This document shows positions 50,013 through 64,000 of a DNA stretch of 64,000 bases, piece after piece. Position 1 is the first letter of the stretch; every line of letters starts with the position of its first letter. Source of the stretch: Chiloscyllium plagiosum (Eukaryota); assembly GCF_004010195.1 (NCBI RefSeq), contig NC_057720.1:26672890-26736889 (forward strand). Reading direction: 5' to 3'. The notes beneath the pieces are model-generated. The model was not told the DNA's origin. It saw only the letters and a program-made list of their open reading frames with translations, and did no database searches. The translations under genes were made by a program, and so were the position numbers.

Positions 50013-52597
50013 AATTGTTGGTGCCAGCTTTCATCCAATTGCTTCTTCACTACAATATCCATTCATGCTCTATGGACACCATCCTTCTCAACTCTTCATC
50101 TGCCACAGCATCGAGACTTCTCTTGGAACAATTCACCAACCACTACAGCCTCTCAGCACTCTACTTTGGAGCTGTACTTTGGAGAGACACTTAAAGGCTT
50201 ACATGTTTCTGCCAGATCACTGTGCACAGGGAAACATATGCATCTCGTGCATCTGTACAGGATAGCTCTGAGCTCGTTTTCTTATCACTCGCTCACTTTG
50301 CATTTACTTGGAGCTAGCCAGCATCTGTCTACTTCACATTGCTTTCTAACCACACACTCATTGACTCACTGACATACAGGCTGTCTGCCTCTGTATGGTT
50401 CATATTTCTTTTTACCACCCAGTTTCTTTTGTGTTCAGTTACAGATTGCCAGACTCTGGCTTTCATTGCTTTTAAGCACAGGAGGAAAAATAGGCAGCTT
50501 ATCATGATGGGGAGAACTGTGCAATCCGAGAGTGGATTTGTCATTGTGCAACACTGTGTCATGTCAACATCACATCAACAACACATGGTGGGAACTAGAT
50601 AATGCCCATGCTTCAACCAATGGCCATGTCCGAAAGTCAAAGAGAAGCAGTCTTTAGTGAGGTCAAGAGGGAATTACAGTCAGTCAAGGGACACTCTCAC
50701 AGTCAGACAAAGATGCACCTGATTATATTACAGGATATCAGCCACAAATAGTCAAAAGCTTTGTCCTCCCAGAGTCCAGATTGGGTCGTGATGAGTTGCA
50801 CTAGTCAAGTGCACTCATTCCAGGGATTTCAGGTGGCTCAATTGGGGTGTTGTGGTGACATCAGACTAGAGGCTGAGCCATGTGATGCAGGGGGATGGAT
50901 CATGGTCAGTCCTGGGGTTTGCTGAATAAATATCAAGTAGCTCATTACAGAGGGCACTCCATGGAGTTCTGAGAAAAGTGGGCAACTCAAGCCTGGGGAT
51001 AGGGTTTAATGCACTTGGTTACTGAGGAATGGTGATGGTGACAGGGACATTCTAGACAGAAGAGTGGGATCTTAAAGACAATAGGAGGGATTTGGAAGGT
51101 TTTGGATGAAATCACAGCCATGTTATGGTAACTCTGACCTCCACCTTGGGGAGGACACAGAACCTTCAAAAGCATTTTTAATTTCAAGTGATATTGGCTC
51201 TCGGGATAAATTGAGCACATTAATTGTAATATGAAGGGACACAACAGAAATGGGAAGCAGCTGAAATATCATACGGGATGCAAGGATAGAAACTCAAAAA
51301 GGGAAGGTGAAGGCTGGGGAGAATTTTTTCCATCACAGATAAAACTTGCAGTTTATTCACAAGAATGCGAAACATGAACCTTAAATTTCAGATCAAAAGT
51401 GCATTAACTGCAAAATGTGGCTATCACCACATGCAAAATGGATGAAGTAAATTACTAATTCTTTCTTTTAGGAGTGGAGTAAATGTTTGTAATTGGAGCC
51501 ACTGCTCAGGGCAGTTGCAATAATCATGTGTTCACTAATTCAATATATAACTTCATTGGCATGTCATTTATTATCCAAGAATGCTCATTCAAAGTCCCCT
51601 GATCTCACGTAATCAGGAATGACATTATCTGTACTAATTCTGTCCGTGCTACAGAAACATAGAAAATAGGAGTAGGCCATTCATCCCTTCAAGCCTGTTC
51701 TGCCATTCACCATGGCCATGGCTGGTCATCCAACTCAGTGCAATGTTCCCACTTTCTCCCCATTCTCTAACTTCAATGGTTTGCACCCTACACCCTAGAA
51801 TGGATTATCGGTGTTGTTGAGGACAAAGTAAGCCCAACATTGGCCATTGGGCTGTATCATTCCCATTCTTCTCAAATGTGAACAACATTCCATTAATTCT
51901 AAAATAAGACAAATTGCTGTGAATACTACAGGTAGGAAATATAAACAGAAAGGGCCAGATGTTGCATGGAGTAGTGATCTCATGCTGCTGCTTTCAGGAG
52001 CGTTGTCAGGTCTAGTGGTAGGGGATGCAGGCTTGAGTCTGGTTGGGCATGGGAGTGGAAGAGAGAAGAGGGTTTGAGCCCAGTGTGAGTGGAAGGGGAG
52101 AACAGTCCACATCAAGGAGGGGGCAGCATGAATGTAGAGTCCTGGGGGTGAGAGTGGAGATCTGATTGGGATCTGGGGGTGTATATATGGTCTGGAGGAG
52201 ATATAGTTTCAAGGGAGAGGATGAGATAAATTATGGGGTCAGTTAAATAGCTAAATCAGGAGCTAGTCTATTTACTGGTTTAACTTTTCCAAAGTAACTA
52301 TTTGCTTATTTTCATCATGATGCTCCAAGTGCTCCAATTTAGAGGAAGTTTTTTGGAGAATTCCAGGAAAAGAGGAATGTCTTCAATTTCCCAGGCCCAT
52401 TCCTTCAGAGTCATCTATGACAGGGAGTCTGTAGAGACCCCATGTGCTACTTTCATCTCTGCTGCATTAGCGAATGCATGGCTATTGGAAAAGCTGTGCT
52501 ATATTGTGGTGAAGGTACTCTGAGCAGAGTTGTTCTGCATGGCGGTCACTTGGTCTGTGTTTGATCAGCAAAAGTCTTAATATTTTATTCTTGTCCC

Positions 52598-53556
52598 TTG
52601 GTGCTGGGTCCACTGTTCTTCGTCATTTATATAAATAATTTGGATGTAAACATAGGAGGTATGATTAGTAAATTTGCAGATGACACCAAAATTGGAGGTA
52701 CAGTGGATAGCAAGCAAGGTTACCTCAGAATACAACAGGACCTTGATCAGATGGGTCAATGGGCCGAGGAGTGGCAGATGGAATTTATTCAATCTTAGAT
52801 GCATTTTGTAAAGGCAAAGCAGGGTAGGACTTATACACTTAATGGTAAGATCCTGGGGAGTGTTGCTGAACAAGGAGACCTTGGAGTGGAAGTTCAAAGC
52901 TCCTTGAATAGTGGAGTCCCAGGTAGACAGGATAGTGAAGATGATATTTGGTTTGCTTTCCTTTATTGATCAGAGCATTGAGCATTGGAGTTGGGAGGTC
53001 ATGTTGCAGTGTACAGGACCTTGGTTAGGCCACGTTTAGTATATTGTGTTTAATTCTGGTCTCTCTGTTATGGGAAGGATGTTATGAAACTTGAAATGTT
53101 TCAGAAAAGATTTACAAAGATGTTGCCAGGGTTGGAGGGTTGGAGTTATAGGGAGAGGCTGAATAGGCTGGGGCTATTTTTCTAGAGATTTATAAAATCA
53201 TGAGGGGCACGGATAGGGTGAATAGCCAAGGTCATTTCCCCGGGGTGGGGGAGTCCAAAACTAGAGGGAATAGGTTTAAAGTGAAAGGGAAAATATTTAA
53301 AAAGGACCTAAGGGGCAACATTTTCATGCAGAGGGTGGTACATGTATGGAATGAGGTCCCAGAGGAAGTGGTAGAGGCTGGTACAATTATGATATTTAAA
53401 AGACATCTGGATAGGTATATGCATAGGAAGGGTTTAGAAGGATATGGGGGAAATGCTGACAAATGGGACTAGATTTATTAATTTAGGATGTCTGATTGGC
53501 ATGGACAAGTTGGACCGAAGGGTCTGTTTCCATGCTGTATAGCTCTATGACTCTAT
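52598..53556 (+). mobile_element. CR1/HER1-type LINE 3' fragment
   Basis: VLGPLFFVIYINNLD…KFADDTK; ORF 53200..53472; tail ctctatgactctat. Confidence 0.95.
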
Positions 53557-53837
53557 CAATAAAATCACCTACACAGTTCTATTTCCTGAGACAATATATC
53601 TAATATTTTATGGCAACATGGAAATTAGTCACAGGCACACAATGAAAATATTGATATCATCAACTTCAAAGAAACACCAATAAATGAGTAATGGTTTCAA
53701 CTAAAAGGGTTCAAAAATGGGTCACTAGTTATTTCAACAAAAGAGTATAGTTGCTGCTAAAGGATAACATTCACAGTTATTTCATGGTGTAAATAACAGC
53801 AGTAAGGGAGAAAAACATTAACTAACCCTCAGTAACA

Positions 53838-53925
53838 TTCTGATGAAGAGTCACCAGACTCAAAATGTTAACTCTGCTTTCAGCCCCCAGATTCTCCCAG
53901 ACCTGCTGAGTTTCACCAGCAATAC
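53838..53925 (+). mobile_element. PLE end with decayed HHR core
   Basis: CTGATGA agagtc acca gactc AAAA tgtt…cagacctgctgagtttcaccagca. Confidence 0.7.
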
Positions 53926-54534
53926 AACCCTTCAAAATATTAAGCAGAGCTTTAGGTGTTATTATTCATTCCTTCCAGAGTCACATTGCACACAACCTGC
54001 ACAAATTCCATGTTTAAGGTTTGAAGGGCTTGGTTAAATGATTAGAACCTTCTGACACTTTGGGAGGAATTCACTTTATTGGGTCCAGCTCCCATCAGAA
54101 TTATTCACATGCTGTCCATACCGCCTCTCCCTCCTCTAGGTATTTGAGTTGGATGACTATCAGTTTGTGTGATAGCTGTCATAGGGTGACTCTGATACCG
54201 ATAAAATCTAAGAACATAAGGACCACATGGGAGCAAGAGTAGCTCTTTGAACGTAAGATAGTTAAGGCTTGACCTATGATTCACTTTACAGCCTGAATGC
54301 ACTGTCTTTTAGTTCTTTTATGGTCCAAATAGCTCTTAATCGCTGCATTAAATTCAATCAATTAATTAACTCCTCGGCTTTCTTGAGGAATCCAAAAAAT
54401 CAAAATCCTCCCAGACTTTTCTTTGTACAATCCTAAATGGCTACCTCCTTACCCAAACAGGATGCCCCAATATTCTCTCTGACTTGCCAGGCAGGAGAAA
54501 CAATCCTTACCCTATCAAATCTCTCAGAATCTTA

Positions 54535-55260
54535 AACAAACATAAAGACTGTTGGAGAAACTCAGCAGGTCTGGTGGCATCACTGAAGAGAGAAACAATC
54601 GATGTTTTGAGTCCAGTAAAAAGAGTTGTTACCGGCAGTGAAAGAGAAAAAAAGGGATATAAAATGGGTGAAAATAACGGTGTGAAAGGGAGAGATTATA
54701 TCCTCTCTACTGAGAACAAATTAAACATGATACAAACAAGCTAAGTTTGATGGGGGTGGGAGTAAGAAAATGTAAGGATAAAGGACAATAGGCACACTTC
54801 CGTCGGTTTCTGAAAGCAAATGGAATTCAGTATTGAAACCTCAAGGCTGGAAAGTGTCGAGGTATAAAAAGTGAGGTGTCATTTCTTGAGCGTCCTTTGG
54901 AACATTGCAGCAGGCCCACGCCAAAAATGTTAGCAAGAAAGGAAGGTGGTTTCTTGGAATGGCAAGCAACTGCAAGGTGAAGGTCATTCTTATGTCCAGG
55001 AATGATCCAGTCTATGTTTGATCAGTCAGCGTAAAGGACACTGCATTATTAACAGTGAAAGCAGTACAGTAGATTGAAAGAATTACAAGTGAAATGTTGC
55101 TTCACCTGGACAGTGTATTTAGGGCCTTGGACTATCAGGAGGGTGGAAGTGAATTGACAAGTATTACACCTACTGCAATTGCATGGGAAGGTGCAATGGG
55201 GAGTAAGAAAGCATTAAGACAGTTGAGGGAAGAGGAGATGTGTTTGGTGGTGGCATCTGC
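54535..55260 (-). mobile_element. Decayed Penelope-like 3' fragment
   Basis: End gttggagaaactcagcaggtctggtggcatc; GIY-YIG-flanking remnants homologous to 60620-61020 (gtgaaatgttgcttcacctgga). Confidence 0.65.
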
Positions 55261-55269
55261 TGAGATACA

Positions 55270-55790
55270 GAAATGAATTTTGTATGTTTCAATGAGATAA
55301 TTTCTCATTCTTATAAATTCTAGATCAGACAGGCCCATTCTATTCAGTTCAGCTCCTGACACCTGTCTAGTGCAAATGAATCTTTCCTTAGGCACAGAGA
55401 CCAAAATCTTACACCGTATGTCAGGTGTGGTCTCACCAAAATCTTGTCCAATTGTAGCACAATTTCTTTATTCTTATACATCAACTATTTGCAAAAGAAG
55501 TCAAAAAACCATTTAGAAACAGAGAAAGGTAGAAGCTAGGAGCAGGAGTAGGTCATGCAGCTCTTAAAGCCTGCTCCACCATTCCAAATGAAGGTGGCTG
55601 ATCATCCAACTCCCTCCCCATTCCAATTTTCTCCCCATACCCTTTGTCCCATTAGCCTTATGAACTTTATGTAACTCTCTCTTGAAAATATTCAATGTTT
55701 TGTTTCAACTGCTTTCTGTGGCAAAGAATCCCACTGGCTTTTTGTTTTCCTAATTGCTTCAGTAGCAGCATGCTAACTTTCAGTGCTCCT
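55270..55790 (-). mobile_element. Decayed CR1 fragments
   Basis: caggtgtggtctcacca; aggagcaggagtaggtcat tail. Confidence 0.6.
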
Positions 55791-58226
55791 GGTCCATGTG
55801 CATGCACATTCCTCTGACCATTGTTTGGAAATATCAGTGATGGCAGACAATCTTCCAACCTGTCAAACCTGACAAGCGACAGTTTAGTGCAACTGCACTC
55901 CTAAGGTCTCACAGAACAGTATAGCACTGGAACAGGAATTCAACCAGCCAGAATGCCATTCTAAATTTCTCCTATCTGCCTGCACATGGCCCATATCCCT
56001 CTATTCTTGGCCTGTTCATGTGTCTGTCCCAATGCCTCTTAAAGAGCTGGATGTAAGTGGAGCATGCTGAGATATGCTTGGATTTGTGTTGCCATTCAAG
56101 CTTATGTAATTTTTAAAATAACATCCAAGAACTGGATACATTTGCAAAGTATCTCCAGGATTTTGCAGAGGAGGAGATGATAGCAGAGCAGTAATAGTAC
56201 TGGACAGGTAACCAATGGACTCAGGCTAACATTCCAGTGAAATTAGTTCAAATGTCCCAATGGTAGCTAGTGGAATTTTAATTCATTCAATAAAGTAAAG
56301 TCACCTTGGTTCCAGAGGGACAGAGTACTGCTCTACCTTTAAAGAGAGACGACTGGTGGTGTTTTAACTTGAGGGTTATCGCGTCTCAGGCAAGGTCCAA
56401 GGTTGAGAAAATGGGAATCTCAGCTGGTGCAGGAATTGAACTCATGCTGTTGGCATCACAAGCCAGCCAACCTAATCATGTAGCTCATAACCCTTCTACT
56501 CTGCCTGTACTTTTCATGATTGTGAATACTCCTGTCAACCTTCTCTTCTGTAAGAAAAACATGGTCTCCATTCTATCCAGGTAACTGGACCCCTTCAATT
56601 CTGAATCCAACTAATGTGTTGTATCTTCTGACAGTACACCACCAAGTGAGCTGAACCTCGAACTGCTGTTTACACTGGTACCACACATTCCACCAGCTTT
56701 TGTCCAAAACATTGTTGCAAGAAAAGGGCAAATGTTCTCCAAGAATAAAACACTAGCTTACATTTTTACAGTGCTGTTCACTCCCTGAGGACATCCCAAT
56801 AAAGTGATACAAATTTGATCAAGTGTGGGACATTGGACACTCAATTTATTGCTTTTTGCCCTGTTTTCTGCCCAGAAACATGTGCAATGAACACCAATTC
56901 TTGTCATTCTGGTCTAATTTCTGCTTAATGTTATTACAGTTGTCATATTTTCACAAGTTTGGAAATATGCAGCTATTGGAATGCTAACAGTTCATCGTTA
57001 AGTTGGAATATATCAGTTATTGCACTGTCTAACTTATAATGCATCTGAAAGATTTGAACGGTCATTTTTTATTCCAAGTTCTGTCAAATTGGAAAAGAAG
57101 TGAAAATTCATTGGCATAGTGGATTTGAAATATGGCGACGTGGCGCACTAACTAAATGAATGTGATCTGACTCCACATAATTGACTAAATTGCATCTTCA
57201 GTTTACTTATAGGAATAGTTACTATTGTGCTAAATCCATAGCAGAGCATATGACACCAAAGCTAAATATGCCCTTACTGCCTAAAGTGCTGTATTTCACA
57301 CACTGATAATGGGCTGTTCCAAGTATATGATCCTTTATGCTGGGAATTTCTTCATAATGTGAGCTTTAATGAGTTTTATACATGTTATTGATTCTGAAGT
57401 CAGTATAGCCATAGTTATAAAAGCATGAATTAACCGCTTAAGTGCTACAGAGTGTTTTGCTACAGCTGGTGGGACCATTAAGGTTACTTATCAAGCACAG
57501 TACTTGAATGTGAATTTCTCATCACACATTAGCCTTGTTACATTTCAAAAATCTAGACTTTCAGCTGGGCTTTAAAAAAACCTGCAACCAGTCTTTACCC
57601 AGTGCAACTCTCTTTTTAAAGAGTTGCTCCAATCTTCCATGCAGCCATTGGAGTATGGGAGAGTAGAATAAAATTACATTAAGAATTTTAATCAAAAATT
57701 TTTGTAAAGGAGTAAGTTATTTAAAAGGCTGTAGAAAAGTACATTATTTAAAAGGCTAAAGTTTGTTGATTTTAAAGGGCGATGGGCATGATTTTCTTGT
57801 AGTCTATTTTATCAACTGATAATTAGAATGCTACAGAACTGTATGTTTACAATGCATCGCCCATGGTGCTCCTTTAACACTTTGCAATCAGCTACAAGTC
57901 ATTTAGTCAATATAAATTACAAATGGTTAATTTAGTCTGCTGCAGAATTCACAGCATTTTATGGATAAGGACAAAAGGATAAACACAGTAATTTACTCAC
58001 AAGGTTTTCTAATTCATAATTTCCAGTCTTTATGTGATTGGCAACCAACATTAACACTATTACCAGAATGGTTTGAAGTTGGTTTAACAGAAGTTTAAAT
58101 TAAGCGGAATAATAGGTAAATGGGGGTAGCAATGTCAGAAAATGCTTTGATTATTACATCGCTTCCAGAACTGATAATAATAATAACGAGTAAATACCAT
58201 TTGCATTAAAACAGGTACAGTGGACT

Positions 58227-58329
58227 GAATCATAGAATCACAGAATCAGAGAATCCCTACAGTGTGGAAACAGGCCTTTCGGCATAACAAGTCCACACTC
58301 ACCCTCCGAAGAGTAACCCACTCAGACTC
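58227..58329 (-). mobile_element. HE1 SINE 3' end (LINE-derived tail)
   Basis: Reverse complement of ttactcttcggagggt…ggcctgtttccacactgtagggattct plus (gattctat)-like repeats. Confidence 0.9.
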
Positions 58330-59649
<1,320 letters not shown>

Positions 59650-60234
59650 TCAGGTAGATTATAGCAAATAATTCTAATTACAAACTAATGGGAAAACACA
59701 ATTTTAAATCTGTGTCACATCACAACACTTTGAAATCTAGCAATTAGTTATAGCAAGTAATATATTTCTACCAATCAAATCAAACTGAACAGACCCAGTG
59801 ATGCAGATGTTATATAGTTATTTAATGGCTTCAAAACTGCAGCTGTAAATGTCATGGGTTTACTAGCAAAAGATCAATGGCTTTGGGAACCTTCAATTGA
59901 AATAAAGAATTCTTTGAATAGATTGCAGCAGTGAAGTTAAATGTTGCAAAACATTAAGAATTGTTTCACATCCCAATTAAGTTAAATCGAACTGGATCTT
60001 TGATTCTGCATGAATTTTAAGAATCATGAATCATCTGACAGATTCTGAAGTTGCAAGCTCCCAGCTAACACAGAAGTGGAGTTGGAGATCACTGACTGTG
60101 CTGTCAACATTTACCTCAATCTGTTGAAATACCAAAACGTAAGTGAATATGGCAGTTATATATGCCACATGCACTCTGGTAAGTTCTGGGGCTCATTGTA
60201 TTATCATTCTTATTTCTAACATCTGGTTTAAGAT

Positions 60235-61020
60235 GTAGGGGCAAATTACTGCAGATGTTGGAATCCGTGCTGAAAACAACAAATTCTGGAGATCACAGCG
60301 AGTCAGGCAGCATTTGTGGAGAGAGAGCAAGCTAACATTTCACGTCTAGATGGCTCTTCATCAGCACTGAAGTGAACTGTGGAGGGGGCAGTAGTTGGGG
60401 ATGATGGGCGCAGTGGTAGGTGTAGAGTGCTGGTGGAGAAAAGATGTTGATAATTCAGATTAAGTGATCGGAATATGAAAATGGCAGAACAATGGTGTGT
60501 CTATCTGCCAGACGAGAAAGAGAAGACAGTACCATCAGGGTGGGAGGAGGGCAGAGAGGACATGGTGACAGATAATGTAACAAGTAAAGCTAAAAGAGAG
60601 GGAAGGAGTGGGAGTTGGCTCACAATTTGAAGGTGTTGAACTCAGTATTAAGTCCATAAGGCTGTAAGGTGTTTGGTCTGAAGATGAGATGTTGTTCCTC
60701 CAGCTTATGATGTAATTCACTGGAACACTGCAGTATGCCGAGGACAGACAAGTGGGTGTGTGAGCAGGACGCTGTGTTAAAATGGACTGGCTACAGGAAG
60801 GTCAGGGTCATGCTTGCACATGGATTGGAGGTGTTCTGCAAAATGGTTGTCCAGTATGCGTTTGGTTTTTCCAATGTAGAGTAGGCCACATTGGGTGTAG
60901 CGAATACAGTACACAAGATTGGCGGAGGTACAGGTGAAATGCTGCTTCACCTGGATAAACTGTTTAGGCCCTTGGATGGTGAGCAGGGAGGAGGCAATGG
61001 AACGGGTGTTGCACCTTTGT
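60235..61020 (-). mobile_element. Penelope-like 3' fragment (GIY-YIG plus HHR-bearing end)
   Basis: FTCTSANLVYCIRYTQCGLLYIGKTKR…HFAEHL on the minus strand; CTGATGA agagcc…GAAA tgtt at ~60364-60337. Confidence 0.85.
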
Positions 61021-62119
61021 TCTTAGGCTGGCATCTGTCCCTTCAATCTCCTGCTTCAAATAATGATAGCATAGTGGAGGTATTGGATTTGTTTTGTATT
61101 ATTTTATGCCTATAAGCAGAGAGAATCTGGATATTAATTGAATAGCACCCTCACTATATTAATGAACAGCATGAGATTGATGATAGGAACCTAAATTTTG
61201 AAAAGACCATCACCATATGAACATAGCATTTCCTTTTGGAATGCTGCTAATTGTACATAGCCAAAATGGGTAATACTAAACTACCCTTTTTACACTTGTT
61301 CAATAGATTAATACACAATCAGCTGACTCATTCAACAAATACTACCAACGGTAATGTGGAACAGTTTGGGAGTAAAGAGATTTGAGATTGTTGTATCTTC
61401 ACTGCCACCAGCAGTTTTTCCTATAGTCACTGATGTCGAAAAGTAATGCAGATAGGAATCATCATTAGTATCACTACAGGTGTTAGGGTTACAGCTGCTC
61501 CATTTGACAGTCTGGCTGCCTGCACTGTTCAGAAGCTAATTCCCACTGCTATGTATATTCAGTCATAATAGTGGAACCATGGTAGCTAGTTTATGACAAT
61601 GTGAAAGAACATTGCAGAAGGTCCTCCAAGTACAAACAGCACATTTACTACATTTTCACATACAGTCAGGAACTCATGTGTACCACAGACCAAAAGAGGA
61701 ACTGTCCTCACTCCATTTTCTAATTCACATTCTTCTGAGGGACCTACCAATGTTGATATCATTTTTTTGTATAAAGTCATAGTTAAGCAGAAAGGACGGG
61801 GAGTGAGCCAACTGGCAAACTCTGTAACACCCACAACCATATCTATAAAGGAATTTGGTTAGCATGTTCCAATAAATGGCCAAGTGAACCAGAGACCCAG
61901 GTAATACTCTGGAATCTGAGGTTCGAATCCCATCACTGCAGATGGTAGAATTTGAATTCAATAAGAAATATGGAATTAAAAATCTAATGATGACCATGAA
62001 ATCTTTGTCACAATGCTGTTCACAATGTGGTTTCCTCAATGCTGGGAAATTAAATCACAGACAGAGTGATTATCAGAACACTCACACTCTGTCCACAAAA
62101 ATGACAGGAAGGTGTGTCA

Positions 62120-63868
62120 TACAGTCACAGTCATTGAGACATACAGCACTGAAACAGACCTTCCGGTCCAACTTGTCCATGCCAACCGGAAATCCCAACC
62201 CAATCTGGTCCTGCCTGCCAGCACCCGGCCCATATCCCTCCCTATTCATATACCCATCCAGATACCTTTTAAATGTTGCAATTGTACTAGCCTCCACCAC
62301 TTTCTCTGACAACTCATTCCATACACGTACCACCCTCTGTGTGAAAAAGTTGTTCCTTAGGTGTCTTTTATATCTTTTCCCTCTCACCCTAAACCTATGC
62401 CCTCTAGTTCTGGACTCTCCCACCCCAGGGAAGAGACTTTGTCTATTTACCCTATCCATGCCCCTCATAATTTTGTAAACCTCAATAAGGTCACCCCTCA
62501 GCCTCTGACGCTCCAGGGAAAACAGCCCTAGCTCATTCAACCTCTCCCTATTGCTCAAATTCTCCAACCCTGGCAACATCCTTGTCAATCTTTTCTGAAC
62601 CTTTTCAAGTTTCACAACATCCTTCTGATAGGAAGAAGAGCAGAATTGCATGCAATATTCCAAAATTGACCTAATCAAGGTCCTGTACAGCTGCAACATG
62701 ACCTCCCAACTCCTGTACTCAAAACCCTGACCAATAAAAGAAAGCATATCAAACGCCTTCTTAACTATCTGATCTACCTGTGACTCCACTTTCAAGGAGC
62801 TATGAACCTGCACTCCAAGGTCTCTTTGTTCAGCAACACTCCCTAGGACCTTACTATTAAGTGTATAGGTTCTGCTAAGATTTGCTTTCACAAAATGCAG
62901 CACCATGTATTTATCTAAATTAAACTCCATCTGCTACTTCTCAACTCATTGGTTCATCTGATAAATATCCTGTTGTAATCTGAGATAAATCATCCTTGCT
63001 GTCCACTACACCTCCAAATTTAGTGTCATCTGCAAACTTATTAACTATACATCTCATGCTCACATCCAAATTATTTATATAAATGACGCAAAGTAGTGAA
63101 CCCAGCACGGATCCTTGTGGCACTCCACTGGTCACAGGCCTCCAATCTGTAAAACAACCCTCTGCCATCATTGTCTGTCTTCTACTCTTGAGCCAGTTCT
63201 GGATCCAAATGGCTAGTTCTCCCTGTATTCCATGAGATCGAACCTTGCTAACCATTCTCCCATGGGGAACCTTGTCGAACACCTTACTGAAGTTCATATA
63301 GATCACGTCTACAACTCTGCCCTCATCAATCCTCTTTGTTATTTCTTGAAAAAACTCAATCAAGTTTGTGAGACATGATTTCCCACACATAAAGCCACAT
63401 GGACTATCCGTAATCAGTCCTTGTCTTTCCAAATGCATGTAAATCCTGTCCCTCAGGATACCCTCCAACAACTTGCCCACCAGTGACGTCAAGCTCACTG
63501 GTCTATAGTTCCCTGGCTTGTCCTTAATAATCTTCTTAAAAAGTGGCATCACGTTAGCCAACCTCCAGCCTTCTGGCACCTCACCTGTGAATATTGATGA
63601 GGGCCCAGCAATCACTTCCCTAGCTTCCCACAGAGTTCTAGGGTACACCTGATCAGGTCCTGGGGACTTTATCCACTTTTATGTGTTTCAAGACATACAG
63701 CACTTCCTCCTCTGTAATCTGGACATTTTTCAAGATGTCACCATCTATTTCCCTATATTCTATATCTTTCATGTCCTTTTCCACAGTAAACATTGTTGCA
63801 AAATACTCGTTTAGTATCTCCCATATCACCTGCGACTCCACACAAACGCCACCTTGCTAATCTTTGAG
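62120..63868 (-). mobile_element. CR1/HER1-type LINE, ~1.75 kb RT region
   Basis: ORFs 62082..62930, 62941..63648 and 63653..63841 form a frameshifted ORF2. Confidence 0.95.
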
Positions 63869-64000
63869 CAACCTTCGCATAAACCAAATCATCCGCCGAC
63901 ATTTCCGCCACCTTCAAACAGACCCCACCACCAGGGATATATTTCCCTCCCCACCCCTCTCCGCCTTCCGCAAAGACCGTTCCCTCCGTGACTACCTGGT
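63869..64000 (+). mobile_element. Young Penelope-like fragment running off the window edge
   Basis: NLRINQIIRRHFRHLQTDPTTRDIFPSPPLSAFRKDRSLRDYL; open frame, CpG-rich. Confidence 0.85.

Noticed and set aside
62082..63841. Active LINE or host reverse-transcriptase gene
   Set aside because: Frameshifted, 5'-truncated, and lacking the endonuclease and ORF1

Overview
Repeat-rich, apparently non-genic (intergenic or deep intronic) vertebrate DNA. HE1-type tRNA-SINEs and HER1/CR1-type LINE tails point to an elasmobranch (shark), possibly a bamboo or epaulette shark (inference). I cannot support any intact host protein-coding gene. Almost all tracked ORFs are sense or antisense frames of decayed retroelements. 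Contents: many CR1 LINE fragments with at least three tail types, including one ~4.6 kb nested copy with ORF1 remnants; HE1 and a second tRNA-derived SINE; L2-type tails; a Rex1/Babar LINE fragment; a decayed Harbinger transposase; solo-LTR candidates; one assembly gap; Penelope-like (PLE) GIY-YIG fragments from several families. Two things stand out. (1) Nine short PLE-end insertions each have their own 10-17 bp target-site duplication (TSD). Most are head-to-head palindromes whose symmetry centre or end lies at a minimal hammerhead-ribozyme (HHR) core, and one young copy (45514-45740) has perfect 93 bp arms and an intact core. (2) An orphan, homogenised array of 13 x 84 bp C2H2 zinc fingers is joined in the same orientation to a SINE/LINE 3' tail. 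It looks like a chimeric retrocopy that went on evolving as a minisatellite. All calls come from reading the sequence by eye, with no database searches, and the boundaries of old repeats are approximate.
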